A DNA stretch of 64,000 nt, from assembly GCA_963662435.1 (NCBI GenBank), contig OY759598.1, positions 1,148,507 to 1,212,506 of the forward strand, in the 5' to 3' direction. Below the pieces are notes generated by a model that was not told the origin of the DNA, made no database searches, and saw nothing but the letters and a program-made list of their open reading frames with translations. The position numbers and the translations under genes were made by a program. Origin of the DNA: Dehalococcoidia bacterium (GTDB lineage Bacteria; Chloroflexota; Dehalococcoidia; Lucifugimonadales; VXLM01). How positions within the stretch are numbered: position 1 is the first letter of the stretch; each line of letters starts with the position of its first letter. Below, one piece after another: positions 38,181 to 48,736 of the stretch.

Positions 38181-39800
38181 ATGTCACCAGTCCGACACGA
38201 CAACCGCAGGCTCGACTCTGTCGTCGGAAAGACCATTTTCGAGTATGCGGACACCCTCCGCGTACGAGTTCCCACCTCCTGCAACCGCAGCGGCGAGTGT
38301 CACGAGTGCATTGTTGAGATCAGGCAGGGAGAAGATGCGCTCAATTCCCCCACTCACGAGGAAGCATTCCTGCGCGACAACTACCGGTTGGCCTGTCAGG
38401 CCTATGTGACAGATCCGGATGCCGATGTTGAGTTCGTCATCCTGCGGCGACAGCCTCGAATACTGACGCAGACCATCAAGAGGTCAGTGCCGCTCATGCC
38501 TTCAGTCACGCGCCGCGACGACGGGGTCTATTTCAAGAACGACCGCATCGACTCGTACAAGGGCAGGATTTACGGTCTGGCTATAGACGTGGGCACGACG
38601 ACCGTGGTGATGAACCTGGTCGACCTCGAATCGGGCGAAGTCCTGCACACGGCATCGTTTGAAAACCCGCAGCGTTTCGGCGGCAGCGACATCATGCACC
38701 GCATCTCGTACGACGGCGGTGAGTTCCACGGCGAGCTGCAGCAGGTCATGTTGTCTTCGCTCAACTTCGAAATAGGTTGGATGGCCCGGGAACTGGGCTT
38801 CCACAGGCGGAACATCTACGAGGTCGTGATCGTCGGGAACTCGACCATGCGCGAAATCCTCTTCGGGTTAGACGTGCAGTCCATCGGCGAGAAGCCCTAC
38901 AAGTCGATGATCGAGCACGAAGTGCTTGCCGGCGAGCGGGAAACGACCGCTATCCACACGACGGCGAAGGAGCTTGGCCTGAGGGTCTTCCCTCGCGCCC
39001 ACGTATACGGGGGACCGATCATCGCCAGTCACGTGGGTGCGGACGTGGCCGCCGACCTCCTCGCCATCGGGATGGACGAGCAGGACGACGTGGTCATGGT
39101 CCTCGACGTTGGCACGAACACCGAAGTCGTGGTGGGCAACAAGGACCGCATCATGGCGGCTTCCTGCCCTGCCGGGCCGGCCTTCGAGGGCGGCGAGGTG
39201 ATGTACGGGATGCCGGGCTACGTCGGCGCGGTCGAATCGGTGAAGCTCACCGAGGACTCGTGCGAGTGCAGCACCATAGGAGAGGCCGATGCGCAGGGCA
39301 TATGCGGTTCGGGCCTCATCGACCTGCTGGCCGAGCTCCGTCGCACGGAAAAGATGAACCGCCTGGGCGTATTCGCGGACGGTTCACAGGCCTTCACCTT
39401 CCTGCCCGAAAAGGAGATGACGCTGTCGAGAGCGGACATCAGCGCTCTCGCGCAGGCGAAGTCGGCCAACTTCTGCGGTCAGTTCATCGTCCTACGGAAC
39501 TACGGCGTTCCGATCGACAGGATAACCAAGCTCTACCTTGCGGGCGGATTCGCCAACTATATTGACGCCCAGAACGCCGTCGATATCGGGTTCGTCGCGA
39601 ATTTCCCCCAGGACAAAATCGTCAAGGTCGGTAACGCATCGCTGGAAGGAGCAACGGTAATGCTCCTGAACACCGAAATGCGCGGGGTTGCCGAGAACAT
39701 GACCAGAAACGTCGAGCACATTGAGCTTGAGACGACGCCGGACTTCTTCGAAGTTTTCGTCGAGGGCTGCATGTTCGACCCGATGACGACTACAATCTAG
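38181..39800 (+). CDS. ASKHA-domain ATP-dependent reductive activator of corrinoid proteins (RACo/RamA-like) with N-terminal 2Fe-2S domain
   Basis: CNRSGECHEC...LAC; IDVGTTT, LDVGTNTE, CPAGPAFEG, GICGSG, LAGGF. Confidence 0.92.
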   Translation: MSPVRHDNRRLDSVVGKTIFEYADTLRVRVPTSCNRSGECHECIVEIRQGEDALNSPTHEEAFLRDNYRLACQAYVTDPDADVEFVILRRQPRILTQTIKRSVPLMPSVTRRDDGVYFKNDRIDSYKGRIYGLAIDVGTTTVVMNLVDLESGEVLHTASFENPQRFGGSDIMHRISYDGGEFHGELQQVMLSSLNFEIGWMARELGFHRRNIYEVVIVGNSTMREILFGLDVQSIGEKPYKSMIEHEVLAGERETTAIHTTAKELGLRVFPRAHVYGGPIIASHVGADVAADLLAIGMDEQDDVVMVLDVGTNTEVVVGNKDRIMAASCPAGPAFEGGEVMYGMPGYVGAVESVKLTEDSCECSTIGEADAQGICGSGLIDLLAELRRTEKMNRLGVFADGSQAFTFLPEKEMTLSRADISALAQAKSANFCGQFIVLRNYGVPIDRITKLYLAGGFANYIDAQNAVDIGFVANFPQDKIVKVGNASLEGATVMLLNTEMRGVAENMTRNVEHIELETTPDFFEVFVEGCMFDPMTTTI

Positions 39801-39884
39801 TGACTGCCTCTGCGTTGACACAATCCTGACGCCCGACTACACTCCCCTACGTCCGACGTACGGTTTGACAACGACGGAGCGCCC

Positions 39885-41417
39885 ATGACTACCTCTCCCC
39901 GTCTCATCTACTACAGCGACGCACACCACTACCACGCCAAGCGCCTTGACCCACCTCTGAACAGACACAAGCTGCGGTGGCCCATCGACGAGCTCGTGGG
40001 CACAGGCGTGGACATGCTGGCCTTCGGTCTCGGCTATGGCGATGTCTTCTTCCACCAGACCAAGATTGGGCGAGTGGTGGGTCAAGAACAGGAAGTCTGG
40101 GAACACTTCATCGACTGGCGCATCATGCGCATGGTCAAGGACGCCCACGAGATGGGAACCGACCAGGTCAAAGAAGTGATCGGGCGCGGACGCGAGATGG
40201 GAATACCGGTCTTCCCAAGCCTCAAGCTCCAGGACCCTAGTCCGCAGTACCTCGACCGCTGTGGCTGGCTCAAGTGGCGGCACGGCATGGAAGTCACCCT
40301 CGGCGAGGGCAACGACCGCTACCCCAGCCACACGACCGAGTGGTGCCTCGACTACACCAACCTCGTCGTCCGCGAGAACAAGAAGGCGCTCATCCGCGAG
40401 ATGCTTGAGGACTACAACGCCGAGGGCATCGAGTTGGACTTCATGTTCTTCCCGCTCTACTTCCGTGAGAGCCAGACGGAGACCGGCACGCAGGTGATGA
40501 CCAAGTTCGTTGCCGACATTCGCGCCCTTGCGAACGAGATTGGATACGCGCAGGACCGCAAGATTCCCGTTATGGCGCGGGTCTGGCATCGGCGCGACGA
40601 CAACCTCGACATCGGACTTGACGTGGAATCGTGGATCGCCGACGGGAGCGTCGACCTGGTGGTGGGCCAGATTCCTCACACCTTGCTCGACACCGGCGTA
40701 TCAGACGGCAAGTGGCTCGCTGACGCGGCAAACGACGCGGGGGCATCGGCATACCTCCGACCGGGGTATCGTCTCCAGGACCTGAGAGCAAAGATCGCCA
40801 ACATCGAGATGTTTCGCGCTTTCGGACACACGATCCGTGAACAGGGATTCGCGGGGATGTACCTCGGCTATCTCCCCTGGCCCTTCGCCGAGGCCGAGCA
40901 CCGGCTCCTGCGAGAAATGGCCTACCCGGAGACGACCGCAAGGCTTAACAAGCGCTACTTCCTCCCGCCGCGTGAGGAGTTGCAGACCTACGTCCGGCCT
41001 GACGCGCGGCTGCTGCCAATAGCGCTTGAAGAAGGTGTGACGGAACGCATCCCCATCACCGTCGCCGACGACTTGGAGGCCGCCACAACTGACGGCGAGA
41101 CTCGTGAGGCCGAGCTGACATTGGCGTTTCAGCAGTTCTGCGTCGAGGACGTCGTGGCCCTGAGCATCAACGGGGCAGACCTGACAATCGACCGCACCAA
41201 CATCTACGAGCCGAGCCGAGGACAGTACTGGCTCCGTTGGCGGCTGGACGCGACCGCGTTCAGGAAGGGCGAAAATGTCCTCGAAATCGCGATCACGAAG
41301 AAGGAGCCAACGGCCGGCTTCGCCCGCACCCTGACCGGCGTCGAGGTTCACGTGCGTTACCGCGAATTCGACCGTGCCGAGTCCCTCGACGCAGCGACCG
41401 TACCTCCGCCTTCGTAA
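39885..41417 (+). CDS. Hypothetical glycoside-hydrolase-like TIM-barrel protein with C-terminal beta-sandwich
   Basis: CLDY...VRE, EGIELDF, GLDVESWI..G.VD pattern. Confidence 0.6.
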   Translation: MTTSPRLIYYSDAHHYHAKRLDPPLNRHKLRWPIDELVGTGVDMLAFGLGYGDVFFHQTKIGRVVGQEQEVWEHFIDWRIMRMVKDAHEMGTDQVKEVIGRGREMGIPVFPSLKLQDPSPQYLDRCGWLKWRHGMEVTLGEGNDRYPSHTTEWCLDYTNLVVRENKKALIREMLEDYNAEGIELDFMFFPLYFRESQTETGTQVMTKFVADIRALANEIGYAQDRKIPVMARVWHRRDDNLDIGLDVESWIADGSVDLVVGQIPHTLLDTGVSDGKWLADAANDAGASAYLRPGYRLQDLRAKIANIEMFRAFGHTIREQGFAGMYLGYLPWPFAEAEHRLLREMAYPETTARLNKRYFLPPREELQTYVRPDARLLPIALEEGVTERIPITVADDLEAATTDGETREAELTLAFQQFCVEDVVALSINGADLTIDRTNIYEPSRGQYWLRWRLDATAFRKGENVLEIAITKKEPTAGFARTLTGVEVHVRYREFDRAESLDAATVPPPS

Positions 41418-41588
41418 TTCCTCCCCGACATACTCTCCTCCTCCGTCACGTTATTTCCCCTTGCATACGTGTTGAGAGTCGATGCATGCATTGCTTGACT
41501 ATGGCTATAGCCGGTCATACCATTCGCCCAGCGTCTGAACATGTGAGAGTCCGAATGCAGTAGTCAACAAATGGAGGAGGCTACAGCT

Positions 41589-42077
41589 ATGACAGGAGAG
41601 AATGTACAGCAAGCGGGATTCTTCGGACGATACTTGCAGCCACACGCTGACGAGTTCTACCTGCTTTTCAGGCTAGTATTTGCCACCTTGGTTGGTCTGC
41701 ACGGCGCGCAGAAGGCGTTTCTGCTCTGGGACTTCCCGGCTGGAGCGAATCCGAACGGGCTTGGCGCCCTCGTTGACATTGCCGGTTGGGTAGAGCTTGC
41801 CGCGGCAATCCTCATCGGACTGGGCATCTTCACCCGATTGGGCGCGGGCGCCCTGGTGGTGACCATGGTCGTCGCCTACTTCGGAGTGCATGCGGCGCTC
41901 AGCACGGCATGGCCCTGGCCTCACCTCTATCCGAACCCTCCCGACGGCGGCAACGCATTCGTCCAGCACGGCGGCGAGGTGACCATTCTCTGGTTTATCT
42001 CTGCAGGCATCATCGGAGTCCTTGGCAGTCGCATGTGGGGTATTGAAAGGTACTTCTTCGGCAAGGAGCATCTGTAG
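41589..42077 (+). CDS. DoxX-family membrane protein
   Basis: LFRL, HGAQK, ELAAAILIGLGIFTR, GGE; SD GGAGGAGG. Confidence 0.88.
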   Translation: MTGENVQQAGFFGRYLQPHADEFYLLFRLVFATLVGLHGAQKAFLLWDFPAGANPNGLGALVDIAGWVELAAAILIGLGIFTRLGAGALVVTMVVAYFGVHAALSTAWPWPHLYPNPPDGGNAFVQHGGEVTILWFISAGIIGVLGSRMWGIERYFFGKEHL

Positions 42078-42236
42078 GGCTGCATTTGCCTCACTCTTTC
42101 GGAACTACTAGATTCGCCGACCTTTTTCAGACTCATGCGGTCGACGCATTGGCTTGTCCCTGCCCGATTCGCGTTGACATTTAAGGTGCGCAAGATCAAC
42201 ATTCTGCAGTTTGAACACATCGCCTAGGAAGAGAAA

Positions 42237-44183
42237 ATGACGACCAAAGACAGCATCCCAAGAATAGCCGCCAGTGAAGTCTCCGCCCCACCCGCCTGGG
42301 CCGTCATGCAGCGACGGCTGATCGAGACCATGAACGATGCCGCGCCGTTGGTGGTCGAGAAGTTCACGGAGCGTGGAGGGGCGCCCTACTACGCCGACGA
42401 CCTGGACGACCTCTATGAGATTTTCTTCGGGTGGGGACTGTTCTACGCAATAGGCGGCAGCGAGCGTGTGCTGGAAATGGCGCTGGACAAGTGGAATGCC
42501 GTCACGCGCTGGGCTGACTCGGACATCGTGAGCCGCAAGAAGCACGGCATGTGGTATCGAGGCGCGCACCGAGAGCCCTTCCGTCAGCAGATCACGAATG
42601 AGTACTTCAACCTGACGCTGCCCCACGGGGCCGAGTGGCATCACATGGGCGAGGCAAACATGACGTTCTACGAGATGGGCCTCGCCGATCCCACCATCTC
42701 CGAAAACTTCCGACGCGCTCGCCGGTTTGCAGGGTTCCTGACTGGAGAGGGCCCCGGCGCGCCGAACTACGATCCTGTACACAGAATTATCCGGTCGCCC
42801 ATTCATAGCAGTGTCGGGCCGTACTTCGAAGCCGATGCCCACGAGGCAGCGTGGTGGCTGCAGGGGGGCGAGATTCCGTTCGCCCGCAACTACGGACTCC
42901 GAACCACCCTCCATCCCGCGATCGAAGACCTCGAACTGGACTGGTACGAAGACCCGGAGCGCGCCGACCAAGTCGTCCGGCTGTTCAACGACATGGTTCT
43001 AAACGGCGACATCGCCAATAATCTCGCGGCGACCGGGCTGGTAACCAACGCCTTCCTTTACACCGGCGAAGAGAAGTACCGGAAGTGGGTCCTCGACTAC
43101 GTTGAAGCATGGATAGATCGGACGAAGGCTAATGGCGGCATCATCCCGGATAACGTCGGTCCGACCGGCAAGCCGGGAGAACAGCGCGGAGGCCAGTGGT
43201 GGGGCGGTCTTTACGGCTGGAGCACGCGAGGTTTCAACAACCTTGCACACTCGATCACGATCGGTGTGCAGTGCGCTCTCCTCCTCTCCGGCGACTATGG
43301 CTACCTCGACCTGCTGAGATCGCAAATCAACGTACTCCTCGACCAGGCCCAGACTCGAGAGGACGGCCAGCTTGTCGTGCCCCTGAAGCACGGTCCGGAC
43401 GGCTGGTCGGCCTACGGCCCCATTCGGCTCAAGGAGCTTGCCCACCTCTACCATCTTTCGATGCGTGAAGAGGATAGGGAATTGCTGCTCCGCGCCTTTG
43501 AGGGCGAAGTGCAACGCGATTGGACTAACGCCGAGCCACACTCGGAGAAAAATGATGGAACGTTTGAGGGGGGCCGGTTCCTGTACTACGAGGGACAAAA
43601 CCCCGAATGGGCCGAAACGGTCCTAGGCTGGGACTTTCAGGCATGCGTTGATGGCATCGCGAGGGTGCGCGCCGAGACACGCGATCCTGAACAGCTCATC
43701 ATCGACAACGTTCATCCTCCGCTATCGGTCGTAACGAAAGCGCTGACGCAGGTCGCCCTCGGCGCCCCACAGTCGGTCTACAACGGCGGCCTGAACCAGG
43801 GCGTGGTGAGGTATTTCGATGTCACATCCGACGACAGGAATCCGGCCCCGCTGAGGTCGGAGCCCGGGCGACCGGGACTTCCCAACGATGTTGCCGCGTT
43901 GGTGGACGAATTGGGCGCCGACCGTGTAGGAGTGCAACTCGTCAACCTCGACAGGGATAGGTCGAAGAGCCTGATCGTTCAGGCGGGCATGTTTGCCCAG
44001 CACACGTTCACGTCCTGCGAATCCGACGGCGGTGTTGTAGTTGAGGTGAATGGAAGGCACGTTCAGGTGACGCTCCCGCCCGCGTCGCAAGTCCGCCTCG
44101 TTCTTGGGCTCAAGCGGTACGTGAACACGCCGACCTACGCCTTCCCCTGGCATGGAGACGCTATTCCGGTGCCCTTCCGCTAG
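42237..44183 (+). CDS. Large hypothetical protein (probable alpha/alpha-toroid enzyme)
   Basis: 648 aa, Trp/Tyr-rich, motifs EWHHMGE, GGIIPDNVG, WWGGLYGW. Confidence 0.65.
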   Translation: MTTKDSIPRIAASEVSAPPAWAVMQRRLIETMNDAAPLVVEKFTERGGAPYYADDLDDLYEIFFGWGLFYAIGGSERVLEMALDKWNAVTRWADSDIVSRKKHGMWYRGAHREPFRQQITNEYFNLTLPHGAEWHHMGEANMTFYEMGLADPTISENFRRARRFAGFLTGEGPGAPNYDPVHRIIRSPIHSSVGPYFEADAHEAAWWLQGGEIPFARNYGLRTTLHPAIEDLELDWYEDPERADQVVRLFNDMVLNGDIANNLAATGLVTNAFLYTGEEKYRKWVLDYVEAWIDRTKANGGIIPDNVGPTGKPGEQRGGQWWGGLYGWSTRGFNNLAHSITIGVQCALLLSGDYGYLDLLRSQINVLLDQAQTREDGQLVVPLKHGPDGWSAYGPIRLKELAHLYHLSMREEDRELLLRAFEGEVQRDWTNAEPHSEKNDGTFEGGRFLYYEGQNPEWAETVLGWDFQACVDGIARVRAETRDPEQLIIDNVHPPLSVVTKALTQVALGAPQSVYNGGLNQGVVRYFDVTSDDRNPAPLRSEPGRPGLPNDVAALVDELGADRVGVQLVNLDRDRSKSLIVQAGMFAQHTFTSCESDGGVVVEVNGRHVQVTLPPASQVRLVLGLKRYVNTPTYAFPWHGDAIPVPFR

Positions 44184-44272
44184 ACCTTGACGATGGAATG
44201 AACGCCGTACTACCCTACCCTTGATATTCCCCTTGCAGTCGCATCCCGCGAGGGCAAGTCTCGGAGAGCAAG

Positions 44273-45070
44273 ATGACCCAAGCTGTAGCCCTGCCGACAC
44301 ACCCGCGAGACGTCCGTGAGCTGATCCGACGGCGCGACTTTACCAGCATCACCGCCGGGGTGTCGCCGGGACACGTTCAGGCCAACCTCGCCATCCTACC
44401 GAAGGACCTTGCATTCGACTTTCTCCTCTTCTGCCAGCGCAACCCAAAGCCCTGCCCCATCATCGAGGTGATCGAGGCCGGCAAGGTAGAGCCTTCGCTG
44501 ACCGCTCCGGGCGCGGACATCCGCACCGACTTGCCCAAATACCGCGTCTACCGCTACGGCGAGTTGGAGGCCGAGATCGAGGACATATCGGAGTACTGGA
44601 GCGACGATCTCGTGTCCTTCCTCATCGGCTGCAGCTACTCATTCGAGAACGCGATGCTCGACGCAGGCATACCGCTGCGGCACCATGAGCAGGGCTCCAA
44701 CGTCTCGATGTTCATCACCAACATCGACTGTGTCCCCGCCGGAATGTTCACCGGACCGATGGTCGTGTCGATGCGGCCCGTCCACCACTCCAAGATCGTC
44801 AAGGCCGTTCAGGTCACTTCTCGGTTCCCCAATACGCACGGAGCGCCCGTGCATATCGGTGAGCCTGAAGCCATAGGCGTCGAAGACCCCACGAAACCGC
44901 ACTTGGGCGACGCTCTCGCGTTTAAGGACGGTGAACTTCCCGTCTTCTGGGCCTGCGGCGTCACCCCCCAGGCCGTCGCGATGGAGTCCAAGCCACCGCT
45001 GATGATTACCCATTCGCCCGGGCACATGTTCATCACAGACCTTCGAGATGAGGACGTGTCCGTTCTGTAA
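44273..45070 (+). CDS. Putative hydro-lyase / D-glutamate cyclase family (DUF1445)
   Basis: QANL, FCQRNPKPCP, GCSYSFE, FWACGVTPQ, THSPGHMFITD. Confidence 0.9.
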   Translation: MTQAVALPTHPRDVRELIRRRDFTSITAGVSPGHVQANLAILPKDLAFDFLLFCQRNPKPCPIIEVIEAGKVEPSLTAPGADIRTDLPKYRVYRYGELEAEIEDISEYWSDDLVSFLIGCSYSFENAMLDAGIPLRHHEQGSNVSMFITNIDCVPAGMFTGPMVVSMRPVHHSKIVKAVQVTSRFPNTHGAPVHIGEPEAIGVEDPTKPHLGDALAFKDGELPVFWACGVTPQAVAMESKPPLMITHSPGHMFITDLRDEDVSVL

Positions 45071-45090
45071 AGGGGGGTTCCCTACCCGCT

Positions 45091-45714
45091 CTACCCATCC
45101 ACAACTCGTCTGGGGAAGCGCGCCTCGATTTCTCTACGTATCTTCTCGACTATGGTGTCAATGCTGAGGGTACCGCCAACGACCACATCTGAGGACTCTC
45201 GCATCCGCGCTTGAAATTCTTGATAGAGTGGCCTCGCCGAGGCCGGATACCCCGATAGCTCGTCCTTCACATACTGGAGGACTTCGTCTGTCGAACGGTC
45301 ACCCTGCGCATTGATGTCTCGCAGGGTACGCCTCGCCAGTGCAACGTCCAGCGGCGTGTCGATGAATGCCATGAGATCGATGAGTCGTCCGGAATCCGTG
45401 TGCGCTCGACCGAGCGGCGCATCGGCGACCACGTAACTTGCAGGACCGAGGGGCGTGTCTCCAACGGGATAGAGGATGCTCCGTCCGGCCTTCAACGCCT
45501 GCAAGTGACCGGTGAAGACGGGGGTCTGGTAGGCATTGTAGTCGGCTCCGGTAGCGAACCAGCGTTGAAGGTCGTCCGGGTGGACGTTGGTATCGTCGTA
45601 GTCGTCGAAGTGGAGCGCAACGGCGTCTTCGAGGACTCGGGCGAGCCGCTGGGTGACGGCGGTCTTCCCGCCGCCAGTGACTGCGCTAATGCCGATTATC
45701 ACTATTTGGTCCAT
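45091..45714 (-). CDS. Uridine-kinase-like P-loop kinase
   Basis: GISAVTGGGKT, HFDDY, FIDTPLDVALARR. Confidence 0.75.
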   Translation of the reverse strand: MDQIVIIGISAVTGGGKTAVTQRLARVLEDAVALHFDDYDDTNVHPDDLQRWFATGADYNAYQTPVFTGHLQALKAGRSILYPVGDTPLGPASYVVADAPLGRAHTDSGRLIDLMAFIDTPLDVALARRTLRDINAQGDRSTDEVLQYVKDELSGYPASARPLYQEFQARMRESSDVVVGGTLSIDTIVEKIRREIEARFPRRVVDG

Positions 45715-45806
45715 ACCACGGCCTTAGCTCAATGCTCGTACTCGAAGCGATTTAGCTATGGTAGACTACCCGCCACACCGATCACCACAGTGATGGAGCC
45801 TCAACC

Positions 45807-46733
45807 ATGTCCTCACACGGATTCAAGCTTGGGATATTCCTGAACGAGCTGCAGCTTCCCCTCGATCAGGGCCTGGAGGAGGCAAGCGAGCTGGGCGTCG
45901 ATTTCGTCTGGTTCACCGGTCTGCCCGAAATGCCGCCCGTCGCTGACCTTTCGGACTCCGAGGCCGACGACATCCAGCGCAGGATCGAGGCCGCGGGACT
46001 GGAGCAAATGAAGGTGAGCGCAGGGTCGCCCTTCAAGTTCGTCGACCTGACCGAGGTGACGGTCGATACCCTCGAAGATCACGAGGAGTTCAAGGCCGAC
46101 TTTCGTGCGACGGTGCGATCCATGGAGCTTGCCAACCGATTTGGCGTGGGAGCCGTGTCGGTCTACAGCTTCGCGTGGCCCGGCGAGTATACGGCGGATA
46201 AGCCGACGTGGCCGATGCGCTGGATGACTCGCGGGGGCATCATTTCCGACGTGGAGATGGATAAGCTCGTCAAGGCTTACACGCTCATGGCCGAGCAGGC
46301 TGAGAAGCACGACGTCGATCTCGTCCTTTCTATGATGCCCTGGAACTACACGAACACGACCGGCAACTTCAGGCGCGTGGCCGAACGCATCGGCTCCGAC
46401 CGAATCAAGGCCATGTGGGGTGCTGCCGACAACTACAACTGTGGGGAGAACGACGTGGCAACCCGGGGCTTTGTCAACATCAAGCCCTACGTTTTCGGGC
46501 TCCACGTCAAGGACCTGCGCGTCAACGACGGCCTCAACCTCGACTTCGACTACCTGCCCTTCGGCGAGGGAGACGTCGACTACCGCACCGTCTTCAGGAA
46601 CGTGCGTAACGGTGGCCTCGACCCCTACGTATCGATCTCGACACACTGGACTCCGGAGAACGGCGACCGAGTCGAAGCAATGCGGACTCAGGTCGGGAAT
46701 GTCAGGGCTTTGCTCGACACGCTCGACGACTGA
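45807..46733 (+). CDS. Sugar phosphate isomerase/epimerase (AP-endonuclease-2 TIM barrel)
   Basis: HVKD, PFGEGDVDY, SISTHW. Confidence 0.8.
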   Translation: MSSHGFKLGIFLNELQLPLDQGLEEASELGVDFVWFTGLPEMPPVADLSDSEADDIQRRIEAAGLEQMKVSAGSPFKFVDLTEVTVDTLEDHEEFKADFRATVRSMELANRFGVGAVSVYSFAWPGEYTADKPTWPMRWMTRGGIISDVEMDKLVKAYTLMAEQAEKHDVDLVLSMMPWNYTNTTGNFRRVAERIGSDRIKAMWGAADNYNCGENDVATRGFVNIKPYVFGLHVKDLRVNDGLNLDFDYLPFGEGDVDYRTVFRNVRNGGLDPYVSISTHWTPENGDRVEAMRTQVGNVRALLDTLDD

Positions 46734-46757
46734 CCTACCAAATGCGCGAGGACCAAT

Positions 46758-47792
46758 ATGGCTGAACAGCTAAACGTTGCGATCATCGGGTGTGGTGGAA
46801 TCAGTCGCAGCCACTTGCCAAACCTCCTCAACACGCCGACTCTGCGCCTTATTGCCACCATGGATCTCGTCGAGGAGGCTGCAAAAGAACGGGCTGAGCA
46901 AGGTTCTGCCCAATACTGGACGTCCGACTACGACCGCGTACTCTCCGATGACGATATCGACGCGGTACTGATCTGTTCCACGCACAGCACCCATACCGAT
47001 CTGACGCTGCAGGCGCTCTCTGCAGGCAAGCACGTATACGTGGAAAAGCCACCCTCGATGACCATCGAGGAGGCCAGGAGCGTTCAAAAGGCGTCGCATG
47101 AGACGGGGCTGCACGTGATGAGCGGCTGGTGGTTCAAGCACTCACCGATCACAAAGCGGCTCCGCGAGGTGATAAAGGAACCGCGATTCATCCTCTTCAC
47201 GTGCCGTATTCCCCAGACCAATGTGCGGACCGGCCGCCCACAGCCCTCCGATCCCTACGCGGCCAACGGCATCCTCGACCTCGCGGGGTATAACCTCCAC
47301 TTCATTTGGCATGTGATGCGCTCGCAGCCGGTGGAAGTCACGGCCATGGGCCTCGACGGGGGCGCAAACAACACGAGTTCCATCCTCATCCAGTTTGAAA
47401 ACGGAGGCTTGGCCGACTCCATCACCAGCCTCGTGGGCGGGGGCGGCATCATCCCAAAGCACTACGCCGAGGTCGGCGCGGGCGACGTGAGCGCGGCGAC
47501 GCTGCGCTTCGGCAACCTCGTCTTCGAGGGTACCGACGAGCCCGGCATCGAACACAACGAGTACCACGTAGGCTTCGACGAAGAGCTCGGCATGTTCGCG
47601 GAGCTGTGTCTCGAAGGCGGGCCGAATCCCATGGACCCGTGGGAGGCCAACGTGCCGACCGTTATCTTCGAGAAGGCGCTGGAGTCGATGAGGACCAGGC
47701 GTGGAGTGCCGGTGAACATGGCCGACGAGTTCTACCTGCCCAATGATAAGCTTCCGCTCAGCATCACGCAGTTCGGCGACAACGAGGAGTGA
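46758..47792 (+). CDS. Gfo/Idh/MocA oxidoreductase
   Basis: IIGCGGI, AGKHVYVEKP. Confidence 0.92.
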   Translation: MAEQLNVAIIGCGGISRSHLPNLLNTPTLRLIATMDLVEEAAKERAEQGSAQYWTSDYDRVLSDDDIDAVLICSTHSTHTDLTLQALSAGKHVYVEKPPSMTIEEARSVQKASHETGLHVMSGWWFKHSPITKRLREVIKEPRFILFTCRIPQTNVRTGRPQPSDPYAANGILDLAGYNLHFIWHVMRSQPVEVTAMGLDGGANNTSSILIQFENGGLADSITSLVGGGGIIPKHYAEVGAGDVSAATLRFGNLVFEGTDEPGIEHNEYHVGFDEELGMFAELCLEGGPNPMDPWEANVPTVIFEKALESMRTRRGVPVNMADEFYLPNDKLPLSITQFGDNEE

Positions 47793-48703
47793 GCCGATTC
47801 TCGGTCGAGCCCGACCGCGTCGATCTACCGCCGGGCGCTACGGCGGGCGCTCGCAGGACGTGGATCAAGCGAGATGGGCGGCCTGTCGCGGCCCTCAGCC
47901 AGAACGCATTCCGAGCATATATCTATCCCCTCTTCACCCCGAGCGGTGTCCAAGTCACGGCTGAGTCGCCTATCGACCACCCGCACCACAACTCGGTGAC
48001 CGTGGGAGCCGACCACTTCGACTGCCTCTTCGTCTACGACGGGCATCGCACCGAGCGCGGCACCTACAACTTCTATGTGAACGAAACGTTCCAGGGACGC
48101 GCTACAGGGCAGATTTCTGCCGTGTCAGTCGACTCGGTGGAGATCTCTGAGGATATCCTGAGTGTCGTCCAATGTCTCGAATGGCGGGGGCCAATCGAGT
48201 GGGGCGCGTCGGAACGCCGGGTTTTGGCTAGGGAGACACGAACGATAGATATCCGCACCGGAAATACCTGCAACATCCTCAGCATCCGTTCCCGGCTAGA
48301 GCCGACGGAATGGGACATCGTAATCGGACCCACCCGCCACGCCTACTTCACCGTCCGTATGGCCGACGGACTGCGAGTCGTTGATGGCGGGAAGATCGTG
48401 GACGCAGACGGTCGCGGCGCCGTTGAGGACATCAATGACAACACGGCCGAATGGGTGGATATGTCGGCAATTGGGCCGCACGGCCACGAGGTAGGAGTAA
48501 CAGTGGTGTCTCATCCATGTCCCAAGCCCGCCGCCTGGTATGCGCACGAGTGGGGATCGGTGGCTCTCAATCCCTTCCTGCACGAAGAGGGGTCGATACG
48601 TCGTGGAACCGCGCTGGAGCTGGGCGTGAGCGTCGTCGTACACGACGGACCTGTGCCACTCGATGCCCTCGACAGCGTGTATGATGTGGGCACTCGGAAT
48701 TGA
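47789..48703 (+). CDS. DUF6807/'PmoA-family' beta-sandwich protein (not methane monooxygenase)
   Basis: YIYPLFTPSG..VT...P.DHPHH, F.VRMA, AEWVD. Confidence 0.7.
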   Translation: MSRFSVEPDRVDLPPGATAGARRTWIKRDGRPVAALSQNAFRAYIYPLFTPSGVQVTAESPIDHPHHNSVTVGADHFDCLFVYDGHRTERGTYNFYVNETFQGRATGQISAVSVDSVEISEDILSVVQCLEWRGPIEWGASERRVLARETRTIDIRTGNTCNILSIRSRLEPTEWDIVIGPTRHAYFTVRMADGLRVVDGGKIVDADGRGAVEDINDNTAEWVDMSAIGPHGHEVGVTVVSHPCPKPAAWYAHEWGSVALNPFLHEEGSIRRGTALELGVSVVVHDGPVPLDALDSVYDVGTRN

Positions 48704-48736
48704 TCCGTCGAGACAGCCTCATTTAGGAGGAACGCG

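Noticed and set aside
31959..39800. Wood-Ljungdahl pathway
   Set aside because: AcsE-like and RACo-like genes are present, but acsA/B/C/D are not in the window, and the corrinoid protein is the DxHxxG type rather than CoFeSP
47789..48703. Particulate methane monooxygenase
   Set aside because: Soluble protein with no TM helices and no pmoB/pmoC; the family name is a misnomer
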